DNA of 64,000 nucleotides, taken from Nitrospirota bacterium (GTDB lineage: Bacteria > Nitrospirota > Nitrospiria > Nitrospirales > Nitrospiraceae). This document shows positions 54,009-63,897 of this stretch, one piece after another. The notes below the pieces were generated by a model, which saw only the letters and a program-made list of their open reading frames with translations, ran no database searches and was not told the origin of the DNA. Both the position numbers and the translations under genes were made by a program. The DNA is taken from the NCBI GenBank assembly GCA_016200355.1, contig JACQEY010000053.1:425-64424 (forward strand), read 5' to 3'. Numbering within the stretch: position 1 is the first letter of the stretch; the number at the start of each line of letters is the position of its first letter.

Positions 54009-56732
54009 TTACCGGAAAGGCCGGAGATACTGACGCAGCACGATTCCGTCCCGTTCCCGCACATTTACCCCAATCCGTAGCTGCTCTAAATACTGTTCCA
54101 CTGTTTTCCCACCGAGATCAATCTTGCGTGTGGTGAAAAAGTCCCGCACGTCTCGTTCGAGTTCAGGTGTGGCGAGGCTGACGATCCCACCACACATGCG
54201 GCGCAGCCCTTGTTTGGGAAACATTTGGTCCATCTTCTCCCAGTTCGTTTTCATGAACGCCCAGGCCGATTCCCTTCCGTACACATTGCTCAGGATGGCA
54301 CTGATGAGAAACGGCGCGTCTTGTGTGCGGATTTCTCCACTGATGGTGCTGGCGAGGGTGCGTTCGAGCAATGCCGTGGGTTGGAACGATGCGAGCGAGA
54401 AAAGATAGCGCCGTTCTTCTTGCGGTGTGGCGGCGGTGCGGAACCGTTCGTTAAATTCATCGTACCTGGTTGTGTCGCCCGTATGCGCAAGGATCGCGAC
54501 AAGCGAGGGAACGATATTGGGGTCAACGGCTGCCGAGTCATTGCAGTACGCCCGATACAGCTCGGCTGCGCGTCGTTGGATGGCCGGATCGTTGCCGAGT
54601 TTACCCTGTGAGCCGATCAGTTCACCTCGCAGTTGTCTCGTCAGCTCGCTCTCGCCGTTTCGAGGATCCCAACCCAAGTCTGCTACGGCCGAACCGACCC
54701 GACCTCGTACGAACGCTTCGAGCGCAGGCCGATCCTCCTCGATGATGATCCGGTTCAGGAAGGAGAAGGATTCCAGCAACACGGCCCAGACATTTTTGTC
54801 CCGCTCCTCGGTGAAGCGGGCTGTCAGGTCAAGATAGTCCGTGAGGGGCATGAGGCCTGCGACGGTGATGGCCCAGGCGTCGTTGATAAGGTTAAACCGT
54901 TCGGTGGCGGCGAGTCGGTCGATGCCGCGGTTCAATATCCGGTTGAGCAGATCCGGCGCATAGCGCACACGGTAGAAGCCATGGCCGTCCTCGTTGACCA
55001 ATATTGACTCCCAATCATGAGGGAGCTGGACTCTCGTGTCCTTCTCTTTCAGCAACATGGGTAAGGTACTGGTCTTGCCGCCTGAAGTGACTCGCATCTT
55101 GAGTGGGATCTGCCAGGTGGCGGGGGAGGGGTTAGGCAGATAGGTGAATCGCTGTTGAGTGAGCACGAGTTCTACGCCTTCCCGCAGTTCAGCAGTAATC
55201 AACGGATACCCTGCTTGAAAAATCCAGCCGTCCATGAGTTCAGGCACCGGCTGTTTGGCGATCTTCCCCAACGAAACCCAGAGATCGTTCGTGTCTGCGT
55301 TCCCATACGCATGTGCGCGCAAGTAGTCGCGGACCCCGTCGCGGAATACTGTGGGACCGATGTGCTGTTCTAACATCCGGAGCACCGATGCGCCCTTTTC
55401 ATAGGTCAAAACGTCGAACATCGCGTCGGCATCCTTGGGAGCCTGCACCGGATATTCGATCGGTCTGGTGCTATGCAGTCCGTCAACAGAAAAAGCTGCG
55501 GCGCGCGAGACGCCGAAACTGTCCCATCGTTTCCATTCCGGCTTCCAGGCATCGACGGCCAGCATTTCCATGAAGGTGGCGAAGGCTTCGTTCAGCCAGA
55601 GCCCGTTCCACCAAGACATGGTCACCAAATCGCCGAACCACATGTGCGCGTTTTCATGCGCGACCACATCGGCCACTCGCTCCAGTTCTCCATGCGTGGC
55701 GCTCTGCTGATCGACTAGCAGAGCCGTTTCACGGTAGGTAATGGCACCCAGATTTTCCATGGCCCCGGAGGCAAAGTCTGGAATAGCAAGCAGGTCGAGC
55801 TTGTCGCCTGGGTAGGGAATCCCATAATAGTGTTCAAAAAATGAAAGTGACGCCGCCGCAATGTCTTGGCCAAACTTGGCCAGATGTTTTTTCCCAGGTA
55901 TGGCCCACAGGCGAAGCGGCGTGTTGCCGATCATTACCGGTTCGGTCGGCTCGATCCGGCCTACAACGAACGCAACCAGATAGGTGGACATCTTTATCGT
56001 ATCGGCGAAACGCACCACCTTCTTCCCCCCAGCAAGCGTTTCGGATGTGATCCTGCTGTTGGAAACTGCGGTGAGCGTTGGATCGACAACCAGCGTCGTG
56101 GCAAAGACAGCTTTGAAATCCGGTTCATCCCAGCAGGGAAATGCCCGGCGGGCATCGGTGGCTTCGAACTGTGTTGCGGCTAGACTGTGAATCACCCCAC
56201 CCTCGTCTTTGTAGGTGCTCCGATAAAACCCACGGAGCTTGCTGTTGAGTGTTCCGCTGAATGCCATCGTCAGCTTCCAAGTGCCAGGCGAAAGCAGCTC
56301 GGTGAATGTGAGATGGCAGCGCTGGAGTGCTGCTTCCAGTATCATCGTAGCCTGTCTCCCCGGGCCCGAGTCTCCCTCGATCTTCGCTGAGGTGATGTCG
56401 AGTTCAATGGCATTGAGGACGATTTTAGAGGTTGGCTGATGGATCGTGAGGGTGATGGTTTCTTCACCAGCAAAACGTGCAGTAGTCAGGTCCGGTTCCA
56501 ATCGCAGATCGTAGCGAATCGGAACCACATGTCTTGGAAGCCGGTATGGATCGAGTGTGCCTGGGGAAGCGTCCTGGTTCATATCTTCACCTTTCGGTCG
56601 TATAGTTGCCGCTTGCACGAAGGAACTATCGAGACGCGCGCTAAGGAGCGATGTGAGCGGAATGGTCAGGAGAAATCGGACATGCTGACTGATGGCCTGT
56701 AGAGTCTGTCTCCTGCTGATCGGCTCAGTCAT
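54009..56732 (-). CDS. pepN: Aminopeptidase N (M1 family)
   Basis: GAMENLGAITYRE, HENAHMWFGDLVTMSWWNGLWLNEAF. ATG at 56732 overlaps the rpiA stop (ATGA). Alternative ATG at 56582. Confidence 0.9.
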   Translation of the reverse strand: MTEPISRRQTLQAISQHVRFLLTIPLTSLLSARLDSSFVQAATIRPKGEDMNQDASPGTLDPYRLPRHVVPIRYDLRLEPDLTTARFAGEETITLTIHQPTSKIVLNAIELDITSAKIEGDSGPGRQATMILEAALQRCHLTFTELLSPGTWKLTMAFSGTLNSKLRGFYRSTYKDEGGVIHSLAATQFEATDARRAFPCWDEPDFKAVFATTLVVDPTLTAVSNSRITSETLAGGKKVVRFADTIKMSTYLVAFVVGRIEPTEPVMIGNTPLRLWAIPGKKHLAKFGQDIAAASLSFFEHYYGIPYPGDKLDLLAIPDFASGAMENLGAITYRETALLVDQQSATHGELERVADVVAHENAHMWFGDLVTMSWWNGLWLNEAFATFMEMLAVDAWKPEWKRWDSFGVSRAAAFSVDGLHSTRPIEYPVQAPKDADAMFDVLTYEKGASVLRMLEQHIGPTVFRDGVRDYLRAHAYGNADTNDLWVSLGKIAKQPVPELMDGWIFQAGYPLITAELREGVELVLTQQRFTYLPNPSPATWQIPLKMRVTSGGKTSTLPMLLKEKDTRVQLPHDWESILVNEDGHGFYRVRYAPDLLNRILNRGIDRLAATERFNLINDAWAITVAGLMPLTDYLDLTARFTEERDKNVWAVLLESFSFLNRIIIEEDRPALEAFVRGRVGSAVADLGWDPRNGESELTRQLRGELIGSQGKLGNDPAIQRRAAELYRAYCNDSAAVDPNIVPSLVAILAHTGDTTRYDEFNERFRTAATPQEERRYLFSLASFQPTALLERTLASTISGEIRTQDAPFLISAILSNVYGRESAWAFMKTNWEKMDQMFPKQGLRRMCGGIVSLATPELERDVRDFFTTRKIDLGGKTVEQYLEQLRIGVNVRERDGIVLRQYLRPFR

Positions 56733-57430
56733 GTCCTTGTCGCGGGGTGCGATTCAACTCCGTTGGCGGTGCCTACGATGAGTAGATCTGTACGTCCGAC
56801 AAAAAGGCCGGTTTCGACAATGCCGGGAATTTGGTTCAAGGCGATTTCAAGGTTCCGCGGCTGATCGATTCGCGCGATGTGCACATCCACGATCATGTTG
56901 CCGGCTTCGGTTGTGAACGGAACTCCGTTCCGCTCCCTGAGCACCACGCGGCTCTGCGTAAGGGCCTCAATTTCTCGCGCCGTACTTCCCCAGCCGAAGG
57001 GAATCACCTCGATGGGGAGCGGGAACGATCCCCCCAGCACCGAGACGCATTTGGTATGGTCGACCACGACGATGAACTGCTTCGCCGAGGCCGCGACAAT
57101 CTTTTCCTTCAGCAGCGCGCCTCCTCCGCCCTTAATGAGATTGAGGCCTGGATCGACCTGATCTGCCCCATCGATCGCGACATCGATCACCAAAGCATTA
57201 TCGGCGTCGATGAGGACGATTCCTTGTTGCTGGGCGAGCACGGCCGTTTCCTTCGACGTGGGCACTCCGCGAAGTCTCATGCCCGAACGGATTTTTTCAC
57301 CCAGCGCGATGACCATGTGCTTGGCCGTTGAGCCAGTCCCGAGACCAACGACCATCCCATCGCGGACGAATTCGACGGCTTTTAGAGCCGCGGCTTTCTT
57401 CGGACTGTCGAGATCCTGGGTGCTCATCAT
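56729..57430 (-). CDS. rpiA: Ribose-5-phosphate isomerase A
   Basis: VGLGTGSTA, DGADQVD, KGGGGALLKEK. Confidence 0.85.
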   Translation of the reverse strand: MMSTQDLDSPKKAAALKAVEFVRDGMVVGLGTGSTAKHMVIALGEKIRSGMRLRGVPTSKETAVLAQQQGIVLIDADNALVIDVAIDGADQVDPGLNLIKGGGGALLKEKIVAASAKQFIVVVDHTKCVSVLGGSFPLPIEVIPFGWGSTAREIEALTQSRVVLRERNGVPFTTEAGNMIVDVHIARIDQPRNLEIALNQIPGIVETGLFVGRTDLLIVGTANGVESHPATRT

Positions 57431-58497
57431 AACGTGGGGGGATGGGAGAGGGACGCGGCGATGGATGCGGCGCCAAGTAAGGCAGTCTGCTGATTCATGA
57501 CCACTTTGACTGGAATCGAACTCATCAAGCGTTTGTAGCGACCCTTGTTTGTGAACGACTTCATAAAGGTTCCGTCTTTCAGTTTGGCCAGTAGCTTCGG
57601 AGCAATACCGCCGCCCAGATACACGCCGTTGAGTGTCATCGCCTTTAGGGCAAGATTTCCGGCTTCGGCACCATAGATAGAAGCGAACAGGTCGAGTGCC
57701 TGCTTGGCGACGTCTGCCTGCCCCTTAAGCCCGGCTTCTGCGATCACCGCGGCGGGATCGCCAGCTTTGATTTGCTCTGAGAGCCACGTCGGCTCATTCT
57801 TTTTACTGTCGCGGACATAGTCATAGATCGCATGCAGGCCGGGACCGGACAATACACGTTCGTAGCTCACGTGCAGATAATTGCTGCGCAGATGGCGCAG
57901 CAATTCAATTTCGTTATCATTGTTCGGCGCGAAGTCCGCATGCCCCCCTTCCGACTGCATCGGCTGATAGCGTGAACCGTTCCAGAAGAGGATGGACTCG
58001 CCTAGTCCAGTTCCCGCTGCGATCAGTGCGAGCGCCTGATTATACGCCGGTGGAGTTCCGGCGTTGAGGATTTCGACTTCATCCGGTCGGAGCAAGAGAA
58101 TCCCGTGTGCCATGGCTTCGAGATCGTTGAGCAGCTTCACTTGCGGTATGTCGAACTGTTTCGCCAAAGTTGCGCCATCGACCACCCACGGCAGGTTAGT
58201 CGTCTGGCAACGGTTCTGAATGACAGGGCCGGCGATGCCGAAGCAGGCCGCGTCGATTTTCTGTGGTTTTTCCGCTAGACACTCTGGCTCCGGCTCGGCG
58301 TCGCCCTTTTCGGTTGCGAATTCGTCCATGGACATTGGGGGCTTCGGCGGGACGAGAAATTCAACGAGCATGTCCTCCAGTGAGGTGTAATCGGCACTGT
58401 GGAATGACTCTAACCGGATGGGGTCGACGCGGTCCTTCTTCCAGTCGAATAGGGCCAAGTGAGTTTTCGTGCCCCCGATATCACCGGCAATAATCAT
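57427..58497 (-). CDS. glk: Glucokinase
   Basis: Start at ATG 58497 (MIIAGDIGGTKTHLALF). The 60-aa upstream extension overlaps pgl in another frame. Confidence 0.8.
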   Translation of the reverse strand: MIIAGDIGGTKTHLALFDWKKDRVDPIRLESFHSADYTSLEDMLVEFLVPPKPPMSMDEFATEKGDAEPEPECLAEKPQKIDAACFGIAGPVIQNRCQTTNLPWVVDGATLAKQFDIPQVKLLNDLEAMAHGILLLRPDEVEILNAGTPPAYNQALALIAAGTGLGESILFWNGSRYQPMQSEGGHADFAPNNDNEIELLRHLRSNYLHVSYERVLSGPGLHAIYDYVRDSKKNEPTWLSEQIKAGDPAAVIAEAGLKGQADVAKQALDLFASIYGAEAGNLALKAMTLNGVYLGGGIAPKLLAKLKDGTFMKSFTNKGRYKRLMSSIPVKVVMNQQTALLGAASIAASLSHPPTL

Positions 58498-58504
58498 TTC
58501 GACC

Positions 58505-59278
58505 TCATGCGCTCGTCCCCTGTCGATGTATCGGAAGCTCGGCTGCTGCTGCTCGATCGAGGAACCAGATGAGTCGGCCTTTCTCTGGTGTGACCAACGA
58601 TGCCGGAAGCCGTCGTTCTGCTTCGGTCTTCGGATCGAGTATAGCTCTGACGACTCCTGCTTTGCCGGCCCCAGCAACGAGAAACAGTATCACACTCGCC
58701 CTGTTGATCGCAGCTAGGGTCATGGTCAGTCTGTTAGGTGGATCTTTCGGAGATTGTGTTGCAGCGATGACGCGTTGATGGTCCCGTAAAATTGATGCCC
58801 CAGGAAACAGAGATGCCGTATGCCCGTCTTCGCCTAGCCCTAAGAGGACGAGGTCAAGGGACGGCTGGGCCGATGGTAAGGTTTTCGTCGCAAGACGCAG
58901 CTGCTGTTCATACTCAGAAGCCGCCGCCTGTGGATCACTGAGTTCCCCTGCCATACGATAGACCTGCGAGGGCATAATGTTCAGTGGGTTGAACAGGACT
59001 GTCTTGGCTAAGGCATAGTTACTCCGAGGGTCGTCCGAAGCAACGCAGCGCTCATCGCTGAAAAAAAAGGTGGCCCGGGCCCAATCGAAGCGATCGGCAA
59101 AAGCGGGAGAGGCCAGCACTCTATAGAGGGTTTCAGGCGTCGTGCCTCCGGAAAGAGCGATGAGGAATCGACCATTCGCTCGAACCGCCTCGTTACCCAC
59201 TTCCAGTACAAATACAGCTGCCGCTTCAGCCTCTGATTGGCTGTCGCTGTGGATGCGGATGTCAGGAACTGCGGGCAT
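58505..59278 (-). CDS. pgl: 6-phosphogluconolactonase
   Basis: Start at ATG 59278. IALSGGTTPE, FFSDERCV, LLGLGEDGHTASLFP. Confidence 0.8.
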   Translation of the reverse strand: MPAVPDIRIHSDSQSEAEAAAVFVLEVGNEAVRANGRFLIALSGGTTPETLYRVLASPAFADRFDWARATFFFSDERCVASDDPRSNYALAKTVLFNPLNIMPSQVYRMAGELSDPQAAASEYEQQLRLATKTLPSAQPSLDLVLLGLGEDGHTASLFPGASILRDHQRVIAATQSPKDPPNRLTMTLAAINRASVILFLVAGAGKAGVVRAILDPKTEAERRLPASLVTPEKGRLIWFLDRAAAAELPIHRQGTSA

Positions 59279-59279
59279 C

Positions 59280-60980
59280 CTACTTCTTGCGGATACGCCC
59301 GCTCTTGGTGCGCCGCATAGTTGGGCGCCGAACCGGCATGCGTGGGGACAGGGATTTCGTGAGTGCCTGAATCGTCGCGATGGGGTTCTTGCCCAGAGGC
59401 AAGACGATGGCCTGTTGTTCATGAGCGTGGAGCGCCTGGATGTCGCCCGCGGCTTGGGCCTGCGCCAGGGTGCGAAAAGTGAACGGTTTTCCAGGAATGC
59501 TGAGATCGGGAATCATCTGATCGACAAGTTGAAGAAATAGCCCGCTCCTCGGACCCCCCTTGTGGAGCTGGCCTGTCGAATGGAGATAGCGCGGGCCATA
59601 GCCGGATGTCGTGGTCACATGGTGATGAGAGACGAGCGCTTTTCGCAGCATGCGAATGCCTTGTTCCATCTTGGAAGATGGTGTCGTATAGGCCAAGACG
59701 GCGACATAGGCGCCGGGGCGACACTGCCGCTTAAGCTGTGACGCAGCCTGCGCAGCCGTCGAGGTCACCTGTTTCGGCAATCGACCGGTGGACTGGATAG
59801 TTGCCAGTACGCGGGCGGTGTTGTCTTTGCTTTCTTGGACGTTCGGCTGATCGAACGGGTGAATCCCCAAGATATGGCCAGCCAAGGCCGTGGCGACTTC
59901 CCATCGGAAAAATTCTCCTGCGAGATCGTACCGATCTTGGAGGATGAGCGTCAGTATGGGATGGCCCTCTCGCGCAAGCTTGGCGACCTGTCGGTCGAGT
60001 GGTCTATTCTGATCCCCCTTCACCCTCAAATAGATAAAGAGCCGGTCCGGGCCATAGGCGGTCGGTGAGACAATCGGTTCGTTTGCCACAGGGATGAGGC
60101 CGGTTCCTTCCTTCCCAGTGCTTTCCGCGAGGAGCTGTTCCGCCCATAGACCAAATGCGGTAATCTGCGGTGATGCGATCAAGGTGACCTTGTTGCGTCC
60201 TGCTTGCGCCAGTGAGGCCATCGTTGCGCCAAGGTCGGCCCCGGGGTTCTGTTCGAGCGGGGACTGAATTCGACAGGCCTGGGCCATGGCTGTGGCGCGA
60301 GCGAGCAATCGCGCGATATCGACTCCCATAAGGGCGGCAGGGACTAATCCAAAATAGGAGAGGACTGAGTACCGTCCACCGATATCGGGAGGATTCGTAA
60401 AGATACGCCAGAACCGATGCTCTGTTGCCAACTTTTCCAACCCGGTTCCGGGATCGGTAATGGCGACGAATTGTGCGCCGCCTTGGTGGCCCGGAGTCTG
60501 GTGAACAAGTTCCCAAAAGTGGGCAAAGAGGGACATGACTTCAATGGTTCCGCCGGATTTGCTGGCGAGGATGAAGAGGCTTCGAGCAGGGTCGATCGCC
60601 TGTGTGACCTGTTGAACCCAGCCAGGAACGGTAGAATCGAGAACCCATACACGTGGGAACCCGCGTGATGATCCGAATGTCGTGCGAAATACTTCCGGTC
60701 CCAAGCTGCTGCCACCCATCCCGAGTAGGACCACATCGCGGATGCCACGCTTTTTAGCCGAAGAGGTAAAGGTCCGCAACTCCTCGATCCGATCTTTCAT
60801 ATCCTCGATGACGGTCAGCCAACCGAGGCGGTTGGTGATGTCGGTGGGATCTTGCTTCCAGAGTCGATGGTCCCGGGCCCACAATCGCTCGACCGCATCG
60901 GATGCGGAGAGCCGTGCATGTGCCGTAACAACCAGGGATTGAAGCTCCGGGGGAAATGATCGATCAGATTCGAGTTTCAT
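59280..60980 (-). CDS. pgi: Glucose-6-phosphate isomerase
   Basis: Start at ATG 60980 with a GAGGAAGG RBS. VVLLGMGGSSLGPEV, GGRYSVLS. Confidence 0.8.
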   Translation of the reverse strand: MKLESDRSFPPELQSLVVTAHARLSASDAVERLWARDHRLWKQDPTDITNRLGWLTVIEDMKDRIEELRTFTSSAKKRGIRDVVLLGMGGSSLGPEVFRTTFGSSRGFPRVWVLDSTVPGWVQQVTQAIDPARSLFILASKSGGTIEVMSLFAHFWELVHQTPGHQGGAQFVAITDPGTGLEKLATEHRFWRIFTNPPDIGGRYSVLSYFGLVPAALMGVDIARLLARATAMAQACRIQSPLEQNPGADLGATMASLAQAGRNKVTLIASPQITAFGLWAEQLLAESTGKEGTGLIPVANEPIVSPTAYGPDRLFIYLRVKGDQNRPLDRQVAKLAREGHPILTLILQDRYDLAGEFFRWEVATALAGHILGIHPFDQPNVQESKDNTARVLATIQSTGRLPKQVTSTAAQAASQLKRQCRPGAYVAVLAYTTPSSKMEQGIRMLRKALVSHHHVTTTSGYGPRYLHSTGQLHKGGPRSGLFLQLVDQMIPDLSIPGKPFTFRTLAQAQAAGDIQALHAHEQQAIVLPLGKNPIATIQALTKSLSPRMPVRRPTMRRTKSGRIRKK

Positions 60981-61042
60981 GGCAAGCCTTCCTCGTATTG
61001 TAAATATCGGAGGAGAGAAACACAAACATGAGATATCGCCTA

Positions 61043-61108
61043 ACCCGGTCTATCTGGTTCATCTGGTTAGTCTCATGCAACCAACAAACGAGACAAACCA
61101 ATGGTCTT
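61043..61108. repeat. GGTT/AACC-family hairpin (copy G4)
   Basis: ccggtctatctggttcatctggttagtctc ... caaccaacaaacgagacaaaccaatggtc. Confidence 0.75.
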
Positions 61109-61150
61109 CCTATGGGCAAGAGGACCGTTTCTGGATGGATAGCGCGTAGT

Positions 61151-61180
61151 TTGACAGGGCGCTGGCCCAGTCCCTATAAT
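61151..61180 (+). promoter_or_regulatory. Consensus sigma-70 promoter for rpmH
   Basis: TTGACA (61151-61156), 18-nt spacer, TATAAT (61175-61180), ~42 nt upstream of the rpmH ATG. Confidence 0.7.
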
Positions 61181-61221
61181 GCCCCTGTTATTCTGAGTCG
61201 TCTTAGGTAAGGAGTGATCGT

Positions 61222-61359
61222 ATGTCGTTTACATCTCAGCAGCCATCAAACCTCAAGAAAAAACGCGAGCATGGATTCCGCAAGCGGATGAGTACGAAGA
61301 ATGGTCGGAAGGTCTTGGCTCGTCGTCGCGCCAAGGGGCGAGCTCGCTTAACGGTATAG
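61222..61359 (+). CDS. rpmH: 50S ribosomal protein L34
   Basis: Not in the ORF track (45 aa). [54 protein letters not shown]. Confidence 0.9.
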   Translation: MSFTSQQPSNLKKKREHGFRKRMSTKNGRKVLARRRAKGRARLTV

Positions 61360-61520
61360 ATTGAGCGACGCTGACTAGGGCTGCACGAAGGAATCTTTGC
61401 CCTCCGTTATGTGCCCCAGACAAGGTAGTTCCCATCACAGGATGTCAGCGTGTGGTCATGGCCGAGTCCGGAGATCCGGGCTCGAAGAGAAAGTCCTGTG
61501 CAAGCTGGCCTTCTCCCAGG

Positions 61521-61886
61521 ATGATGGCGATGTCGCAGGGTGGAGGTGACAGGGATCTGTTCCTGAAACGTAGCTGCGACATCGAGTATGCCAAGCAGCA
61601 TGGTCATCGTATCTCGACCGCCCTCTTTAATGTAGTAATTTGCCGGACTGACATGAATGGCAGCCGGATCGGTATTGTGGTGGGGAAGCGATTCGGTGGA
61701 GCCGTCAGCCGAAATCGGGTAAAGCGTCTGTTTCGGGAGCTCACACGTCAACTACGCGGTCAATTGCTCCCTGGACATGCCTTGGTTGTCTTCCCCAAAC
61801 GGGATTCGATTTCGCAACCCTTTGCCGTCTTGAAAGAGGTATGGTTATCGATGCTTCGGCGCCAACGGCTGCTTCATACTATATGA
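61521..61886 (+). CDS. rnpA: Ribonuclease P protein component
   Basis: LKRSCDIEYAKQHGHRIST...IGIVVGKRFGGAVSRNRVKRLFRE. ATG at 61521 gives ~121 aa; upstream GTG 61452 is possible. Confidence 0.8.
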   Translation: MMAMSQGGGDRDLFLKRSCDIEYAKQHGHRISTALFNVVICRTDMNGSRIGIVVGKRFGGAVSRNRVKRLFRELTRQLRGQLLPGHALVVFPKRDSISQPFAVLKEVWLSMLRRQRLLHTI

Positions 61887-62009
61887 GGACTAGTGTGTGC
61901 CAGACGTGTGATTTACCGTCTGTTGAAAAATTACTCATTTCTGCCCGGGGGAAATGGATTCTCTGTGTGGTAGGAGTACAATTGTTCACTTCGTGGTAGC
62001 GATTTATTT

Positions 62010-63710
62010 ATGGACAAACGCGTCATCGCATTTCTCGTTCTGTCGTTAGCAATCATCCTGGGATTTGACTTGCTCCTCAGGGAGATGGGGTGGATGCCTG
62101 AGCCGCCGCCTGCTCAGGATGGTTCCGTCCAAGTCCCTCCCTCCCCAGAGCGAGAGCCAACTCCCGCACTCCAGACAGGTAAGGATGGTGCTTCGACCGG
62201 TCTGAGCGTTCCAACCCAATCGGGCACAAAGTCTGGCGCTCCTGCGTCGGGCACTTCCTTGCCAACATTGGAACAGGTAGTGACGGTTGAGACAGGTCTA
62301 GTTCGGGTCGAGCTGTCGAATCGTGGCGGGGTGATTCGAAGTTGGGAGCTGAAGCGATACCATACAGAGCCTCCCGCGGAGAAACCGGTACAACTTGTCT
62401 ATCAAGGGGGAAAATTCAAAGGCCCCCTCTCAATGACGGTCGCAAATGCCGACATCGACAAGACGATTCGAGAAGGCCTCTATAATATCGAGAAAGATTT
62501 TTCGAAGCTCGATGCCGCCCATCCTGTCGGGCATGTCACAATGCGGTTTCATGATCCAGCCACCCATCTCGGTGTAGAGAAACAGCTGACATTTCATCAT
62601 GATAGTTATGTGATGGATGTCTTGTTCGCGATTGATGGATTGACCGAGTCCTATGATATTGGGTTAGGGACGAATTTCGGTATCGTGGAATGGGGTGATG
62701 GGTTCATCGGTCTAATCGGATCGGCCTCGCAGGTCGACAACAAAATAGAAAAAGAGACACCGGAGAAAGAACTTGAGCGGAAGGGGACGGTTCAGTGGGT
62801 TGCCTTGCAGGATAAGTATTTTTTATCGGTGTTGATACCGAAAGAAAGTGCTGCCGCTCTCGCCAAGACGGAAGACCCCAAAATTGTGTCGGCTGGGGTG
62901 CGGATGGCCGCGTCAGGAGGGGCTTCCTCGGTTGCGCTTCAGCTATATGCAGGCCCAAAGGAATACGACACGCTCCGCTCGATGAATGTAGGCCTGGAAG
63001 ATATGATCGATTTTGGATGGTTCATCTACGGCAGTTGGACGGTTGTGAAGTCAGTCGCCAAGCCGATTTTTTACATCCTGCGATTCATCCATGAATATAT
63101 CAATAACTATGGAGTCTGCATCATCTTATTGACAATGGGGATCAAGCTGTTATTTGTGCCGTTGCAATACAAGAGCTACAAGTCGATGAAAATGATGCGA
63201 TTGATCCAACCGAAGATCAAAGAAGTTCAGGAGAAATACAAGGGTGACCGCGATCGGCTGAACAAAGAGTTAATGAAACTGTATCGGGAGCAGAAAGTAA
63301 ATCCGCTGGGCGGCTTTCTCCCGATGTTCTTGCAGATGCCGGTCTTCATATCCCTGTTCAATGTCCTCTACATGACGATCGATTTGCGCCAGGCCCCTTT
63401 CATGCTCTGGGTTACCGACTTATCGTTGCAGGATCCCTACTATGTGCTACCGGTGCTCATGGGGGCGACCATGTTTATTCAACAGAAGATCACGCCTACC
63501 ACGATGGATCCGGCACAGGCGAAGATGATGTTGATCCTCCCGATCGGCTTGACATTCCTGTTCGTAAATTTTCCTGCGGGCCTGGTGCTGTATTGGCTGA
63601 CGAACAATGTCCTGACCATCACCCAACAATTGGTCACGGATCGTTTTCTGTTGACTGACAAGTCACTGCTCGCGGCAGGGGCTGAGCAGAGCGGCAGCAC
63701 GAGCGCATAG
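62010..63710 (+). CDS. yidC: Membrane protein insertase YidC
   Basis: 566 aa with large periplasmic P1 domain. C-terminal GFLPMFLQMPVFISLF...NFPAGLVLYWLTNNVLTI. Confidence 0.9.
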   Translation: MDKRVIAFLVLSLAIILGFDLLLREMGWMPEPPPAQDGSVQVPPSPEREPTPALQTGKDGASTGLSVPTQSGTKSGAPASGTSLPTLEQVVTVETGLVRVELSNRGGVIRSWELKRYHTEPPAEKPVQLVYQGGKFKGPLSMTVANADIDKTIREGLYNIEKDFSKLDAAHPVGHVTMRFHDPATHLGVEKQLTFHHDSYVMDVLFAIDGLTESYDIGLGTNFGIVEWGDGFIGLIGSASQVDNKIEKETPEKELERKGTVQWVALQDKYFLSVLIPKESAAALAKTEDPKIVSAGVRMAASGGASSVALQLYAGPKEYDTLRSMNVGLEDMIDFGWFIYGSWTVVKSVAKPIFYILRFIHEYINNYGVCIILLTMGIKLLFVPLQYKSYKSMKMMRLIQPKIKEVQEKYKGDRDRLNKELMKLYREQKVNPLGGFLPMFLQMPVFISLFNVLYMTIDLRQAPFMLWVTDLSLQDPYYVLPVLMGATMFIQQKITPTTMDPAQAKMMLILPIGLTFLFVNFPAGLVLYWLTNNVLTITQQLVTDRFLLTDKSLLAAGAEQSGSTSA

Positions 63711-63834
63711 TGCTTCTCGATTACCCTGCCCGCTACATACTTCCCGCTGGTCATGGGAGCGCCACAAGCTAGGGAGCGAGAAAGGCGCATCAGTCGAAAC
63801 TAAGGCTTGCGTGTTGCGCCTGCCTCGCTCGGCA

Positions 63835-63880
63835 TGCTCGTTTCGCGATTGAGAAGCTGGCGGACTTTTTCTGCATCCTG
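63835..63880. mobile_element. Right-end fragment of MITE family (M6)
   Basis: gagaagctggcggactttttctgcatcctg matches the right end of M2 (gagaacgatgctggcggactttttcagcagcctg). Confidence 0.5.
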
Positions 63881-63897
63881 CTAGTGAAAGAGGCGTC

